A DNA stretch of 64,000 nucleotides from Ranitomeya imitator (taxonomy: Eukaryota). The position numbers were made by a program, and so were the translations under genes. The stretch's first letter is position 1. Each line of letters begins with the position of its first letter. The stretch spans positions 12,338,001 through 12,402,000 of the forward strand of contig NC_091285.1 in NCBI RefSeq assembly GCF_032444005.1. The letters are read 5' to 3'. The notes beneath the pieces were generated by a model. That model ran no database searches, was not told the origin of the DNA, and was given only the letters and a program-made list of their open reading frames with translations. Positions 45,655 to 58,400 of the stretch are shown one piece after another.

Positions 45655-48600
45655 TGTTCTGTCTCCGCCATCTAATATTGTTACCATGATTATCTGTTTG
45701 CGTAATTGCAGGTTTCTCAGTATGGATGTTCATATCTTTATTTGTTTTTAGTGCTTTGGCTCCCTCTAGCGGTCAGAGTTATGTTGGCAGTTCAATCTTG
45801 TTTTTGTATTATCCATGTCTGATTCTCCTCCTCCTTTGCAATGCATTATGGTAGCTCAGCCTCCATTTCCCTCCATTTTTCCTTTCACTTTCTTCGGTTT
45901 GCCTTCAAGGAAAGACGCTTCACTTCATCCCCCTTGCGATTGCATTGCCGGTATGTCTTTATGCTTCCTATAGATATTTCTGCTCTATATTAGCTTAGTT
46001 TAACCAGTTGTACTCCTAGTTTAGTCACTAGCTTTCTAAATGTTATGCATAATGTATATCATGTGTATTATGTATCTGTTCTATGCCATGCACTGATTCT
46101 ATGTATATCATTGTTCACAGTTTCACCGCATCAATATACCACTACGTTTAACAAAGCACAGACTCAACCACAGTCTCCTTATTGGACCCCGGTATAGCGG
46201 TTTAGCTGACTGTATAGCTACGTATGAGCCTGCCTCAGCTAGTGAGGACAGAACAGTGAAACGGCAGCCATCCAACTAGTGGGATTCAAATCACCGGCTA
46301 CTCAGAGACTAAATACAGCTACAGCAATCTCTGCACAGCCAAGCACTTTCCCAAGACACCATGTCTCACAAATCGCATAGGACAAGATCTGTTACTTCCG
46401 TCTCCTCAAAGACAACATCCATCAGCAGCGCTGTCGCCATTGCCCGCGCAAATGCTGAAGCTGCCAAAATACGAGCGAGCTTTGCTGACCAAGAGATGCA
46501 ACTTAAATTAGAAAAAGCACGCCTAGATGACGAAGAGAGAAGGTTGCGCTTAGAGAGAGCCAATCAAGAGAGAAGGTTGCAGTTAGAAAAAGCACGCATA
46601 GATGATGAGAGAGCCGATCAAGAGAGAAGGTTGCAGTTAGAAAAAGCACGCATAGATGATGAGAGAGCCGAGCAAGAGAGAAGGTCGCAGTTAGAGAAGG
46701 CACGTGTGGATGCCGCCTTAGAAAGCCTAGCAGCAAAAAGGGAAGCTGCCGCAGCCCTCGCCGAAGCAGAATCGCTAGAAGCAGCGCAAAATCCCAAGCT
46801 GCATAGCCAAAACAGTACGTCGAGTCTGGAGTTTCCACTGCAAGACTCACCACAACGCACATCTCAGTATGTTAATGAACTTCCTGATCCAAACTATAAC
46901 CCTGAACCAGTACCAAAACCAGAATACGACACCTCCAGCGAAGTGAGCGAGAGTCGTCATGAGGCTCAGGACAGAAACAAACTCGAAAATGTGAGGCAAA
47001 ACAACTCTGCTAATGACTACCTAGCCCCTCATCAGGTAACCAACGTGGATCACCCTGCTGACGCACCGTACATCAGGCCGAAGCAATACGACACTGGCTG
47101 GCGCCACCATGAGGACACTAACAGGTACGAACGCACCTCACATCACTATCAGGGCGACCCATCACCAGTATACTCTGCTGACAACCGGTTCACGACAGAA
47201 TTTGCCAAGTTCTTCACACGACGTGAACTGGTTGCCAAGGGACTCATGAAATTCACTGACCGAGCTGAAGGTTACAGAGCTTGGAAAGCTTCCTTCCAAA
47301 ATGTCATTAGAGACTTAGGGCTACAACACAGGGAAGAGATAGACCTGTTAGTCAAATACCTGGGAGAAGAGTCAGTCAAACACGCAGTAAGGATCAGAGA
47401 CATTAATATAAACCACCCTGAGACTGGCCTCAAAGAGATCTGGAAAAGGCTGGATGAGTGTTATGGCTCAGCAGAAGTAATAGAAAGAGCCTTGTTCAAA
47501 AGAATCGATGACTTTCCTAAAATATCTAACAAAGGTCTCCAGAAACTTAGAGAGCTAAGCGACTTGCTAAAGGAAGTCCAAGTTGCCAAATACGAGGACG
47601 ACCTACAGGGACTTGCATTTCTCGACACAGCCAGAGGTGTTAACCCTATAGTCCAGAAGTTGCCCTACAATCTACAGGAGAGGTGGCTCACACATGGTTC
47701 CACGTACAAATACAAACACAGCGTTCCATTCCCTCCCTTCTCCGTTTTTGTAGACTTCATACACCAACAAGCGAGAATTAGAAACGATCCCAGCTTTGAC
47801 TTTGCAATACCATATGCCACACCGTCACCACCTGCAAATCCACGCAGAACATCTGTGGCAGTACACAAGACTTATGTTTCTTCTTCAGGCTCTAATTACA
47901 GGTCTGCTGGCTGCTCCCAATCAGAAACAAAGGTGCAGGACCCTGACAAGCAGTGCCCACTTCATCAGAAGCCTCATCCTCTCCTGAAATGCAAAGCCTT
48001 CAGAGGAAAATCTATGCCAGATCGCAGAAGCTTCCTGAAAGAAAACGGTATCTGCTACAAGTGCTGCTCGTCCACAGCTCATCTCGCCAAGGATTGCAAG
48101 GTCAGTGTAAAATGCACAGAATGTGGCACCACAGATCATAACACCACTCTACACCCTGGCCCAGCTCCATGGAGTACACAAAACACGCCAGCTGACAGTG
48201 AGCATGGCGGGGAGGAAAGGAACACTGATACAGCTACGCCAGAGATCACTTCACAATGCACCGAGGTCTGCAAAGGGACAATAGACAGTAGGTCCTGTTC
48301 AAAAATATGTCTCGTTAAAGTATACCCGAAGGGCCATAGAGACCAAGCTGTAAGACTGTATGCTATCTTGGATGATCAAAGTAATCGATCCTTGGCTAGA
48401 TCAACATTCTTTGACCTATTCAACATCAAAGGGCCAAGCACTCCCTACTCCTTAAAGACGTGTGCAGGTACTGTGACAACAGCAGGCAGGAAAGCTACTG
48501 ACTACCAGATCGAGTCTTTAGACGGACAATTCTGCCTACCGCTACCTACGATCATCGAATGTAACCAGATCCCAGACAACAGATCTGAAATCCCTACACC

Positions 48601-51600
48601 AGATGTAGCAATCCATCACGCTCACTTAAAACGAATAGCACACCTTATACCGGAACTCGACCATCAGGCCCAGATAATTCTGCTGTTGGGGAGAGATATC
48701 CTGCAGGTTCATAAAGTGAGAAGTCATATCAATGGACTCCACAATGCTCCCTATGCCCAAAGGCTAGACCTAGGATGAGTCATAATTGGCAACGTATGCT
48801 TGGGACGCATGTACGCCCCATCTTCTGTGACAAGCATGCTGACAAATACATTGGAGAAAGGACGTCCATCTCTGTTTCAACCTTGTAACAATGAGTTCCA
48901 TGTCAGGGAACTGCCACACAGCATCCAACTGCCCAACCATCTAATAGACTTTACTCACGACAGCAGTATAGTGTCGGGAAGCTATGAGGATCAGTTAGGG
49001 TGCACAGTCTTCCAGAGAACTAAGCAGGACAACCAAGTGGCAATGTCGGTAGAGGACAAGTTGTTCTTAGAGGTAATGGACAAGGGACTCGTTAAATATG
49101 AGACCAACAGCTGGGTCGCACCTCTTCCCTTCAAAACCCACAGACCACGTCTACCGAACAACAGAAATCAGGCATTACAACGTTTCTCCTCTCTCATTCG
49201 TAATCTGCAAAGGAAACCAGAGATAAAAGATCACTTTTTCTCCTTCATGTCAAAGATTTTTGAAAACTGTCACGCAGAACTAGCTCCCACTCTCAAAGAC
49301 TCTGAAGAATGCTGGTTCCTACCCATGTTCGGAGTATACCACCCTAAGAAACCAGGCCAGATCAGAGTCGTGTTTGATTCCAGTGCTAAATTTAATGATG
49401 TCTCCCTGAATGACGTTCTACTGACAGGACCAGACCTCAATAACAAACTACTGGGTGTACTTATGCGCTTCCGTAAGGATTCCATTGCCTTCATCGCTGA
49501 CATCCAGCAAATGTTCCATTGTTTCCTTGTGAGAGAGAGAGAGACAGGAACTTCCTAAGATTCTTCTGGTACAGAGACAATGATCCTACTAAAGAAGTCA
49601 CAGAGTATCGCATGAGAGTGCACATCTTTGGCAACAGTCCTTCACCTGCAGTCGCCATTTACGGACTCAAAAGGTCAGCTCAGGAAGGAGAACCAGAATA
49701 CGGAGCAGATGTCAGACAATTCATAGAAAAGGACTTTTATGTCGACTGTCTAAAAGCCATGCCTTCAAATGAGACTGCCATCAGTCTTCTCAGGAGAGCC
49801 CAGGACATGCTTGCCTGCTCAAACCTTAGGCTTCATAAAATAGCCTCAAACAGCCAAGAACTCATGGAAGCGTTCCCTTCTCAAGACCTATGTAATGGTC
49901 TCAGAGACCTGGACCTGGGGTCAGACCACGCACCAATGCAACGCAGCCTCGGGCTTCTCTGGAATCTACAATCAGACACTTTCACCTTTCAGGTCAGCCA
50001 GGAAGAAAGGCCTTTCACACGTAGAGGCGTCCTGTCTACCATCAACAGTCTGTACGATCCCTTGGGTTTCGCAGCTCCTGTTACTATACAAGGCAAGGCC
50101 CTACTAAGAGACTTAACTAGGGAAACATCTGACTGGGATGCACCTCTGCCACCTGATAAGAGGATCCAGTGGGAAGAGTGGAAGAACTCATTAGCGGCAC
50201 TCTCCAACCTGCATGTGCCAAGACCATACACCCCTGTGCCATCTACTGAGATACAGAGCCAAAGACTGTACGTATTTGCAGATGCTTCTGTCAAAGCAAT
50301 TGCCGCTGTTGCCTACCTCAAAACTATAGACTCTAAATGTCAGTGCCACATTGTTTTCATCATGGGAAAGGCCAAACTCGCACCACAACCAGAGCACACT
50401 ATACCCAGGTTAGAGCTTTGTGCCGCAGTCTTAGCCGTTGAGTTAGCGGAGCTCATCGCATCCGAAATGGATATCGACCTGACACAGGCCAAGTTCTACT
50501 CAGACAGCAAAGTAGTCCTGGGATATATCCACAACGAAACCAGGCGATTCTACGTTTATGTCAATAACAGGGTGCTACGAATCAGATCAGTTCACCCACA
50601 GCAGTGGCATTACATACCCACAGACCAGAATCCCAGATCATGCAACTAGAGCAGTTGACGCAAGTCGACTAGGAAGCACAACGTGGCTCTCTGGACCAAA
50701 ACTATTGTACATTGAGGAATGTTTTCCAGACACCTTTGAACTAGTAGGAGAGGACTCAGATGCTGAAATCCGCCCTCAGGTGTCTATACTACATACAATG
50801 ACCTCTGTTATCCAGCTTGGATCTTGCAGGTTCGACAGATTCTCAAGTTGGAAGTCACTTACTCGAGCCATTACCTGCCTGACTCATATAGCTCGCTCAT
50901 TCAGGACCACCAGAACTCGTGACATGGAAAAATGTAAAGGAGCAGCGAGGCTCACTCACGAAAGCCTAATCACCTTCATGGCTGAAGCTGCAACAATAAT
51001 CAATGCAAGACCCCTGGTTCCAGTTCCTAACGACCCGGAGGAGCCCTTGTTATTGACTCCAGCTACTCTACTTACCCAGAAAACAGGACTGTCCAGTGCC
51101 CCTCCAGGAGGATTCGACGCTAAGGACCTCTACAAGCGCCAATGGAGACAGGTACAAAGTCTTGCAAATACTTTCTGGGACAGGTGGCGCAAACAATATT
51201 TGTCTACCCTGCAGCCACGTACAAAGTGGCAATCTACTAAACCTAATCTGAACATAGGCGACCTTGTTCTTGTGAAAGACTGTCAAATTCATCGGAACCA
51301 GTGGCCACTTGGCCTAGTTACCGCAACGTTCCCGAGTAAGGACGGCAACGTCCGCAAAGTTGAGCTAAGGATGACCAAAGGGAATGAACCTAAGACATTT
51401 TCCAGACCGGTATCTGAACTGGTCCTATTGTTGTCTTCGGAAGAAAGGAGTAGTGACATCCGTTGATGCCAGACAGGGAGTGTTCTGTCTCCGCCATCTA
51501 ATATTGTTACCCTGATTATCTGTTTGCGTAATTGCAGGTTTCTCAGTATCGGTGTTCATATCTTTATTTGTTTTTAGTGCTTTGGCTCCCTCTAGCGGTC

Positions 51601-52081
51601 AGAGTTATGTTGGCAGTTCAATCTTGTTTTTGTATTATCCATGTCTGATTCTCCTCCTCCTTTGCAATGCATTATGTTAGATCAGCCTCCATTTCCCTCC
51701 ATTTTTCCTTTCACTTTCTTCGGTTTGCCTTCAAGGAAAGACGCTTCACTTCATCCCCCTTGCGATTGCATTGCCGGTATGTCTTTATGCTTTCTATAGA
51801 TATTTCTGCTCTATATTAGCTTAGTTTAACCAGTTGTACTCCTAGTTTAGTCACTAGCTTTCTAAATGTTATGCATAATGTATGTCATGTGTATTATGTA
51901 TCTGTTCTATGCCATGCACTGATTCTATGTATATCATTGTTCACAGTTTCACCGCATCAATATACCACTACGTTTAATAAAGCACAGACTCAACCACAGT
52001 CTCCTTATTGGACCCCGGTATAGCGGTTTAGCTGACTGTATAGCTACGTATGAGCCTGCCTCAGCTAGTGAGGACAGAACA
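45655..52081 (+). mobile_element. BEL/Pao LTR retrotransposon, 6427 bp, internally deleted
   Basis: 601-bp LTRs 45655-46255 and 51481-52081 (TG...CA), 8 differences counted; 5-bp TSD CACGC; PPT agacagggag. Confidence 0.95.
46361..51466 (+). pseudogene. BEL/Pao gag-pol pseudogene
   Basis: Three Cys/His knuckles, protease AILDDQSN, RT VVFDSSA and ADIQQMF, RNase H FADAS and PRLELCAA; TGA for Trp at 48776, frameshifts at the (GA)7 ~49531-44 and ~50635, YVDD reduced to YVD at 49738, integrase core absent at ~50940. Confidence 0.9.
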
Positions 52082-52575
52082 CACGCGGCTCCACTCCGTA
52101 AACATTGCACACACGGCTCCGCTCTGTACACCTCGTACACACACGGACCCTCTCCGTATACCTCGTACACAAGCAGCTCCGCTCCGTACACCTTGCACAC
52201 ACGGCTCTGCTCCGTACACCTCATACACACATGGCTCTGCTCCGTACACCTCATACACACACGGCTCTGCTCTGTACACCTCATACACACATGGCTCTGC
52301 TCCGAACACCTTATACACACACGGCTCTGCTCCATACACCTCGTACACACACGTGTGTGACAGTTTTTTTTTTCTCCGACTCTATTGGAAAAATGGAAAA
52401 TGTTCCATTCAACAGTGATCCACATTAAGTTATTTGCTGAGATCCTCGGTGTCGCTAAACCTGTAGATAGCACCTGAAGGATAAGTTCAGTCTCGCCCTT
52501 TCTCATGAATGTGGATCACGCCCACTGGGTGTGTGTTGAGAATTCTACTTTCATTTCTTGCTTCTGCTTTCAGTG

Positions 52576-54216
52576 ATGGCGTCTGTTGTGCTAAGAAAGG
52601 AGCTGGAATGTTCCATCTGTCTGACCCTGTATACAGATCCTGTCACCCTGAGATGTGGACACAACTTCTGCCGGGTCTGTATTGATCAGTTCCTGAATAC
52701 ACAGGATGGATCTGGAGATTATTCCTGTCCTGAATGTAGAGAAGAGTTTCAGGAGCGGCCGACACTGAAGAGGAACATAACTCTGTGTAATGTCGTGGAG
52801 AATTTCCGGTCTACTCAGCCACATCAGGAGGACATCACCGGGATCCGCTGCACTTACTGCATTCACTCTCCGGTACCTGCTGTTAGATCCTGTCTACACT
52901 GCGAGGCTTCTCTGTGTGATAATCACCTGAGGGTTCACAGCAAAGGACCAGAACACGTCCTCACTGATCCCAGCACTTCTCTGGAGACCAGGAAATGTTC
53001 TGTCCATAGGAAGATCCTGGAATATTACTGCACTGAGGACGCTGCTTGTATCTGTGCTTCCTGCAGTTTGGCCAGAGAACATCGGGGACACCGGGTGGAG
53101 ATGCTGGATGAGGCCTCTGAGAAGAAGAAGAAGAAACTGAGAAATGTTCTCCAGAAACTGATCACAAAGAGGAAGAAAACTGAGGAAAGAGTCCGGAGTC
53201 TGGAGGAACGCAAGAGAAAAGCTCAAGAACAAGCAGCTGGAGAAGCCGAGAGAGTCACTGCCCTGTTTATAGACATCAGGAGACGGGTGGACGACCTGGA
53301 GAAGAAGGTCCTGAGTGAGATCTCCAGGGAGGAAAAGGAAGAGTCTCTGTCACTGTCTGCTCTGATCCATCAACTGGAAATAAAGAAGGACGAGCTGTCC
53401 AGGAAGATGAAGCACATTGAGGAGCTGTGTAACATGACGGATCCACTGACTGTCTTACAGGAACCAGACACCGGTGACTTGTGTGATCCTGAGGAGGAAA
53501 GTGATGAGGACAGAAGAGGACATGATGGAGGTGATGAGGACATAGGACATGATGGAGGTGATGACAAGGACACAGGGGGACATGATGGAGGTGATCGGGG
53601 TGCGGAGCTGATCTCACACATATCACACACATTATCTGCTATGATAAGAGATGTAAATGTGACCTTCCATGTTCAGGATCCTGCAGACATATTACTGGAC
53701 GTAAACACGGCTGCTAATAATCTCCTTATATCAGACGACCTGAAAACTGCGACCTGGACACTAATAACACAGAATCGTCCAGAAACTGCAGAGAGATTCC
53801 AGTATAATCAGGTGATGAGCGGGAGGAGATTTACCTCAGGACGACATTACTGGGATGTGGAGATCAGGGGATCTGGGGTGTGGAGTGTGGGGATGTGTTA
53901 CCCCAGTATAGACAGGAGGGGGCGCCAGTCATATATTGGAGATAATAACAAGTCCTGGTGTTTATATGCGGTGTGTAATAATCTCTATTCAGTGAAACAT
54001 GACAATAATGAGATCCTGTCACTTCACCAGATCTCCAGTGATCTGTTCAGGATATGTCTGGATTATGAGGCTGGACAGTTGTCCTTTTATGAGCTGTGTG
54101 ACCCCATCAGACACTTACACACCTTCACTGCCGCCTTCTCTGAGCCTCTACATGCTGCGTTATATGTATGTGGTGGTTCTATAAAGATATATAGGAGGAG
54201 CCGTGAGGAACCATAA
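52576..54216 (+). CDS. TRIM E3 ligase copy D, 546 aa
   Basis: Same RBCC-PRY/SPRY architecture; ATG at 52576 after the acceptor. Confidence 0.95.
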   Translation: MASVVLRKELECSICLTLYTDPVTLRCGHNFCRVCIDQFLNTQDGSGDYSCPECREEFQERPTLKRNITLCNVVENFRSTQPHQEDITGIRCTYCIHSPVPAVRSCLHCEASLCDNHLRVHSKGPEHVLTDPSTSLETRKCSVHRKILEYYCTEDAACICASCSLAREHRGHRVEMLDEASEKKKKKLRNVLQKLITKRKKTEERVRSLEERKRKAQEQAAGEAERVTALFIDIRRRVDDLEKKVLSEISREEKEESLSLSALIHQLEIKKDELSRKMKHIEELCNMTDPLTVLQEPDTGDLCDPEEESDEDRRGHDGGDEDIGHDGGDDKDTGGHDGGDRGAELISHISHTLSAMIRDVNVTFHVQDPADILLDVNTAANNLLISDDLKTATWTLITQNRPETAERFQYNQVMSGRRFTSGRHYWDVEIRGSGVWSVGMCYPSIDRRGRQSYIGDNNKSWCLYAVCNNLYSVKHDNNEILSLHQISSDLFRICLDYEAGQLSFYELCDPIRHLHTFTAAFSEPLHAALYVCGGSIKIYRRSREEP

Positions 54217-54700
54217 ACGAAGGAGAATCTGCCTGGAGACTGATGACTTAATAGCTTGAACAATCTGATTGGTGTATCACTCAGCCAGTAAGAGGCAGCG
54301 GTGGGAGGGGCTACAGCTGAGCTCATTTTCTCCAGGACTCTGGGTAAACAGGGATCTAAGGGAGAACATTCCTCTTGTAGAGATATGCCAGAGTGAGGGG
54401 ACTTATAGGCCATGCACTGCTCCTCTGTGAAATGAAATATGTGAACTGTCTCTTCAGCGAGGAAAAGGATTTGAACTCTAGTGTCATTATTGGAAGGAGC
54501 AATCCTAAAAGTCAGTTTCCGCCCTGTAACGAATCTTTCCACATGACTTAGGATAAAAGCTGGAGAGCGTCTGGTCGGACTTTTATCCTTAAGTCATGTG
54601 ACAAGGCTCATTGAATGGTCAATATTTCCAGTAGGTGGCACTAGATCTCAAGTCCTCTTCATCTCTAAAGAGACAATTTGCATATCCATACTTACATTAA

Positions 54701-55006
54701 AGGGACACTGTCACCTGAATTTGGAGGGAACAATCTTCAGCCATGGAGGGGTTTGGGGGTTTTTGATTCACCCTTTCCTTACCCGCTGGCTGCATGCTGG
54801 CTGCAATATTGGATTGAAGTTCATTCTCTGTCCTCCGTAGTACAGGTAATCTTGCCTTGCGCAGGCGAGTACTGTGGAGGACAGAGAATGAACTTCAATC
54901 CAATATTGCAGCCAGCATGCAGCCAGCGGGTAAGGAAAGGGTTAATCAAACACCCCGCCTCCATGGCTGAAGATTGTTGCCTCCAAATTCAGGTGACAGT
55001 GTCCCT
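54701..55006. mobile_element. T2/Kolobok-type palindromic MITE, 306 bp
   Basis: TTAA|agggacactgtcacctgaatttggagg...ctccaaattcaggtgacagtgtccct|TTAA; the empty site is seen in unit A (~8657) and unit C. Confidence 0.9.
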
Positions 55007-55360
55007 TTAACCCCTTATGGGCTATGGACTCCTTTTATTGAGGGAAATTATATATATATATATATGTTACTGTTTTTCTTTAGTTGTACTAAGTTTCAGG
55101 CTGCAATCTTCATCCATTCTCGGACCTCCTAACATGCAGGTCACAATCTGTTCCTAGTTTCAGACTGGTCTCCTGTGGTCGTGTCCCTCTCAGTAATACA
55201 GGTTGGATGTGAGGTTTGTGTGACCAAGATGCTGCTGTCTTCTTCAGATCTCATGTGCCAGCACAGCTTCATTCCTGAACTGATTTCCCATGCATAATAT
55301 CTACAATTGAAAAATGGTAGAAAATGTGTAATGAAGGTTATTTAGAAAGCAAATGAACAT

Positions 55361-55467
55361 TAATAATAATAATCTTTTATTTTTATATAGCGCTAACACA
55401 TTCCGCAGCGCTTTACAGTTTTGCACACATTATCATCACTGTCCCTGATGGGGCTCACAATCTAGAA
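55361..55467 (-). mobile_element. Short 3' tail of an L2/CR1-group LINE or SINE
   Basis: (AAT)n tail plus tatatagcgct..ccgcagcgctttaca; absent from the paralogous site in unit A (~8998). Confidence 0.55.
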
Positions 55468-58400
55468 TTTAAAAATACTGTGTGAAGGTGACCATATTAT
55501 TCAAACCAGCGCTCCAATATTGTAACCCATATATTGCTATTGAGTCTATTATAACAGTATAATGTAGAGACTTTTTATTATATATCCCTGTTTAAGAGAT
55601 GAACAGTAAATGCATACTTCTGTTAATATACCGAATAAGCCCAGACTAGCGCCACCTCCCTGAGTTATCATCAAGCTCATAGAGGTGTAGCATTCACCTT
55701 ATGTCTGTTCACACTCTGATCCTGTACAGTACCTTCCTGACCATTTTTATCTCCTGCCATTTACTCACATCAGTATATCTGCCTGTGCGGTATTATATCA
55801 TTGTTAGCTAAATTCTAGCAGAGCTTAATCGTCCTGCAAAATTCCAGATTGGACTTGTAATAACTGAGCGTGCAGAGCTGAAACACAAGCTGGGCTGTTT
55901 GTTAACTGCTGCTGACAGATCAGTAATGTGAAACTGCATATGCCAGTCTATTGATACATAAAGCAGAAGATTATTTTCTACCATATGCATAAACTTTTAA
56001 CGTTTTCACTTCAGTTTCACATCACTGATCTGACCTCTCAGATCATGAAAATTTTCACACCCTAATTCTGCAGAAAAACCTTTGAAAAGTTATTACATTT
56101 AGGGATGGGGCATGAGACCACAGCTTGTCGAATTCATGACGAGATAGGGTGGGTAAGGGTCAACCACAAAATGGAAGTGTAAAGTTTGGTGGGGATGTGG
56201 GAGCTGCTAGGAGAGATCTTGTGCTAATCTGAAATAATCTTGTAGCTCATGGAATGTCCTCAACACCTCGGAGATGGCTATCCTGGTTACACCAGTAAAC
56301 ATGTATTGCATTGGTGGTCAAACTGGGATTACATGGCACATTTGGTACAAACTGAGAATTCGTAACTGAGCTGGAATAAGGCTGATTACACTAATAGGAT
56401 ATTATTGGTGAATTCTATGCCCCTCACAAAATGTACTGGTTTGCTTCCCTTAGGGCAGATTATTTTCATTTGGTTATTATGACACAACATTTTTTGCTTT
56501 TGTGTTGTGGCATTGTAAGAGCTATGATTTTTATTTTTCTTTGTTTTTTGTTTTTCTTGGGTGGGTCACTTGAAGACTTTATTGGCTTTGTATATGAACG
56601 CTGCATTGTACTCGGTGGTTAATTAAAGGACATATTGACTTTATACAATGTACTCAATTTTACTAATTAAATTCCATTTCACAAATTAATATCCATTTCA
56701 CAAATTAATTTTAGATGAAAACTTCATCAGTTTTCTAACTACTGTGAAATGACCGATACGATGACGGCTAGGCTTAAAAAGACCAGTAAGTAGGCTTGTC
56801 CTAAACGCCGTCGCACTAATACGGGTTTTGTACATCTCTTCCGTTATTGTGAGGAAGAGAATTGTGGAAGGATGTGAAGTAGAAGGTGAGGAATAGGATT
56901 AGAAATATAAAATTTGTGAAACCCTAAAATTTAGTGGCTCGGAGACATGGACCGATTACAAGGCTCAGCCTTACACAGAAGGATTTGGTGGCCATGGCTT
57001 TCTGGACTGCCTGCTTGGTGGTAGCAAACAAATCGACGTCTCAGGCTTTAATGACTATTATAGAATGGAAAAAAATATAATAAGTAAATTTAGATATCTG
57101 GAAGTCAATATTTTAAGGAACACACAAAACTGTGGTAAATTTTTTGGGAAATGTGGAGACCTTGGATCTGGTCCATGACGGCTAGAGAGAAATTTTATAT
57201 AGTAAGATAAGTAATTGAGGCGTCTTCTCGATTATTCTGGGAAGGTTGGTGGCCATCATTCCTGATTTTACTTTTGTACTTTCGACAACAACTACAAAAG
57301 AAACTAAAAAAGTTACAACATTGGTGGCTGAGGTCAATGATTTATAAATCTCCGGGAACATAATGGCGAGATCTCTACATGTGTCCCTGGTAGCCCCCCT
57401 ATTGTAGAATATCCCTTATATTATGTGGTCCTGGTTGTGATACAATGGGGCACCATGATGATGGGGTCATGGGTTATGGCCATCGTGGTGACATTACAAT
57501 GACTTTCATGTGTTACCAGAATTCATATCAACCTCCATAATTACAAAACTAGACCTGGAAATGTCACCAACGTCCACCATGTTGTGTATAGTTACTGTGT
57601 GATTGTGTGTTTAACCCTTACAGATCAATGATTGATTTATTGTTACTCTGATTTATATGCAATAAAAACCAATGATAAGAATCCTGGTGTCTGAGCGTTC
57701 TGATGATCTCTCGTCTGAGCGGAAGATGAAGTTGCCACATCGGTGTCAGGTCTTATATCGGGGTCAAATATCGAGGTCAAGTCTTACATCTTTCTGTAGT
57801 GGATTAGGAGAGTGAAGAATAATCATTATACAAGGAGAAGTTCTACAATTTTACAAGAGACTTTGGGCCCAATTTATTATTGCTTTTGCATCTTTTTTTG
57901 TCTAATTTTTGGTGTTTTTGCATTTTATTTTTCTTTTACTTTGTGCCTTTTTAAAGTCTGTTTTATACGTGTTCGCCTGGCTTTTTTTCATCATCACCAT
58001 TCTTCGGGGTTTCCACATTTTTTACATTTCCTAAAATTTTGCACCAGCGTACTACTGTCTTTCCCCCCTCCTCATCCTTTGAAGTGATTTTACTTCTGCC
58101 AGAAATTTTTGTGCAAATTTTGTGACATTTTAGTGGAACGTACAACCTTGTGGCAGGAAAGGTCAACAAGCCCAGGTGCATGTGCACTACTGTACTGGTC
58201 AGGTCAGACAAGTACACCTCAGAAGGAGCGCGATGTTCGGGACACTGTGTGGATAAAGAAGGATGCGTCATCCACATGAAGCACAGAAGAAGGATGGCAT
58301 CGAAAGAAGAAGGAACGCAACGGACCAAGACAACAACGCCCACCAGAGTGGACCACCACGTAGGTGAGTATTATAAAAGATGTTTTTCTTGTGTTTCAGA

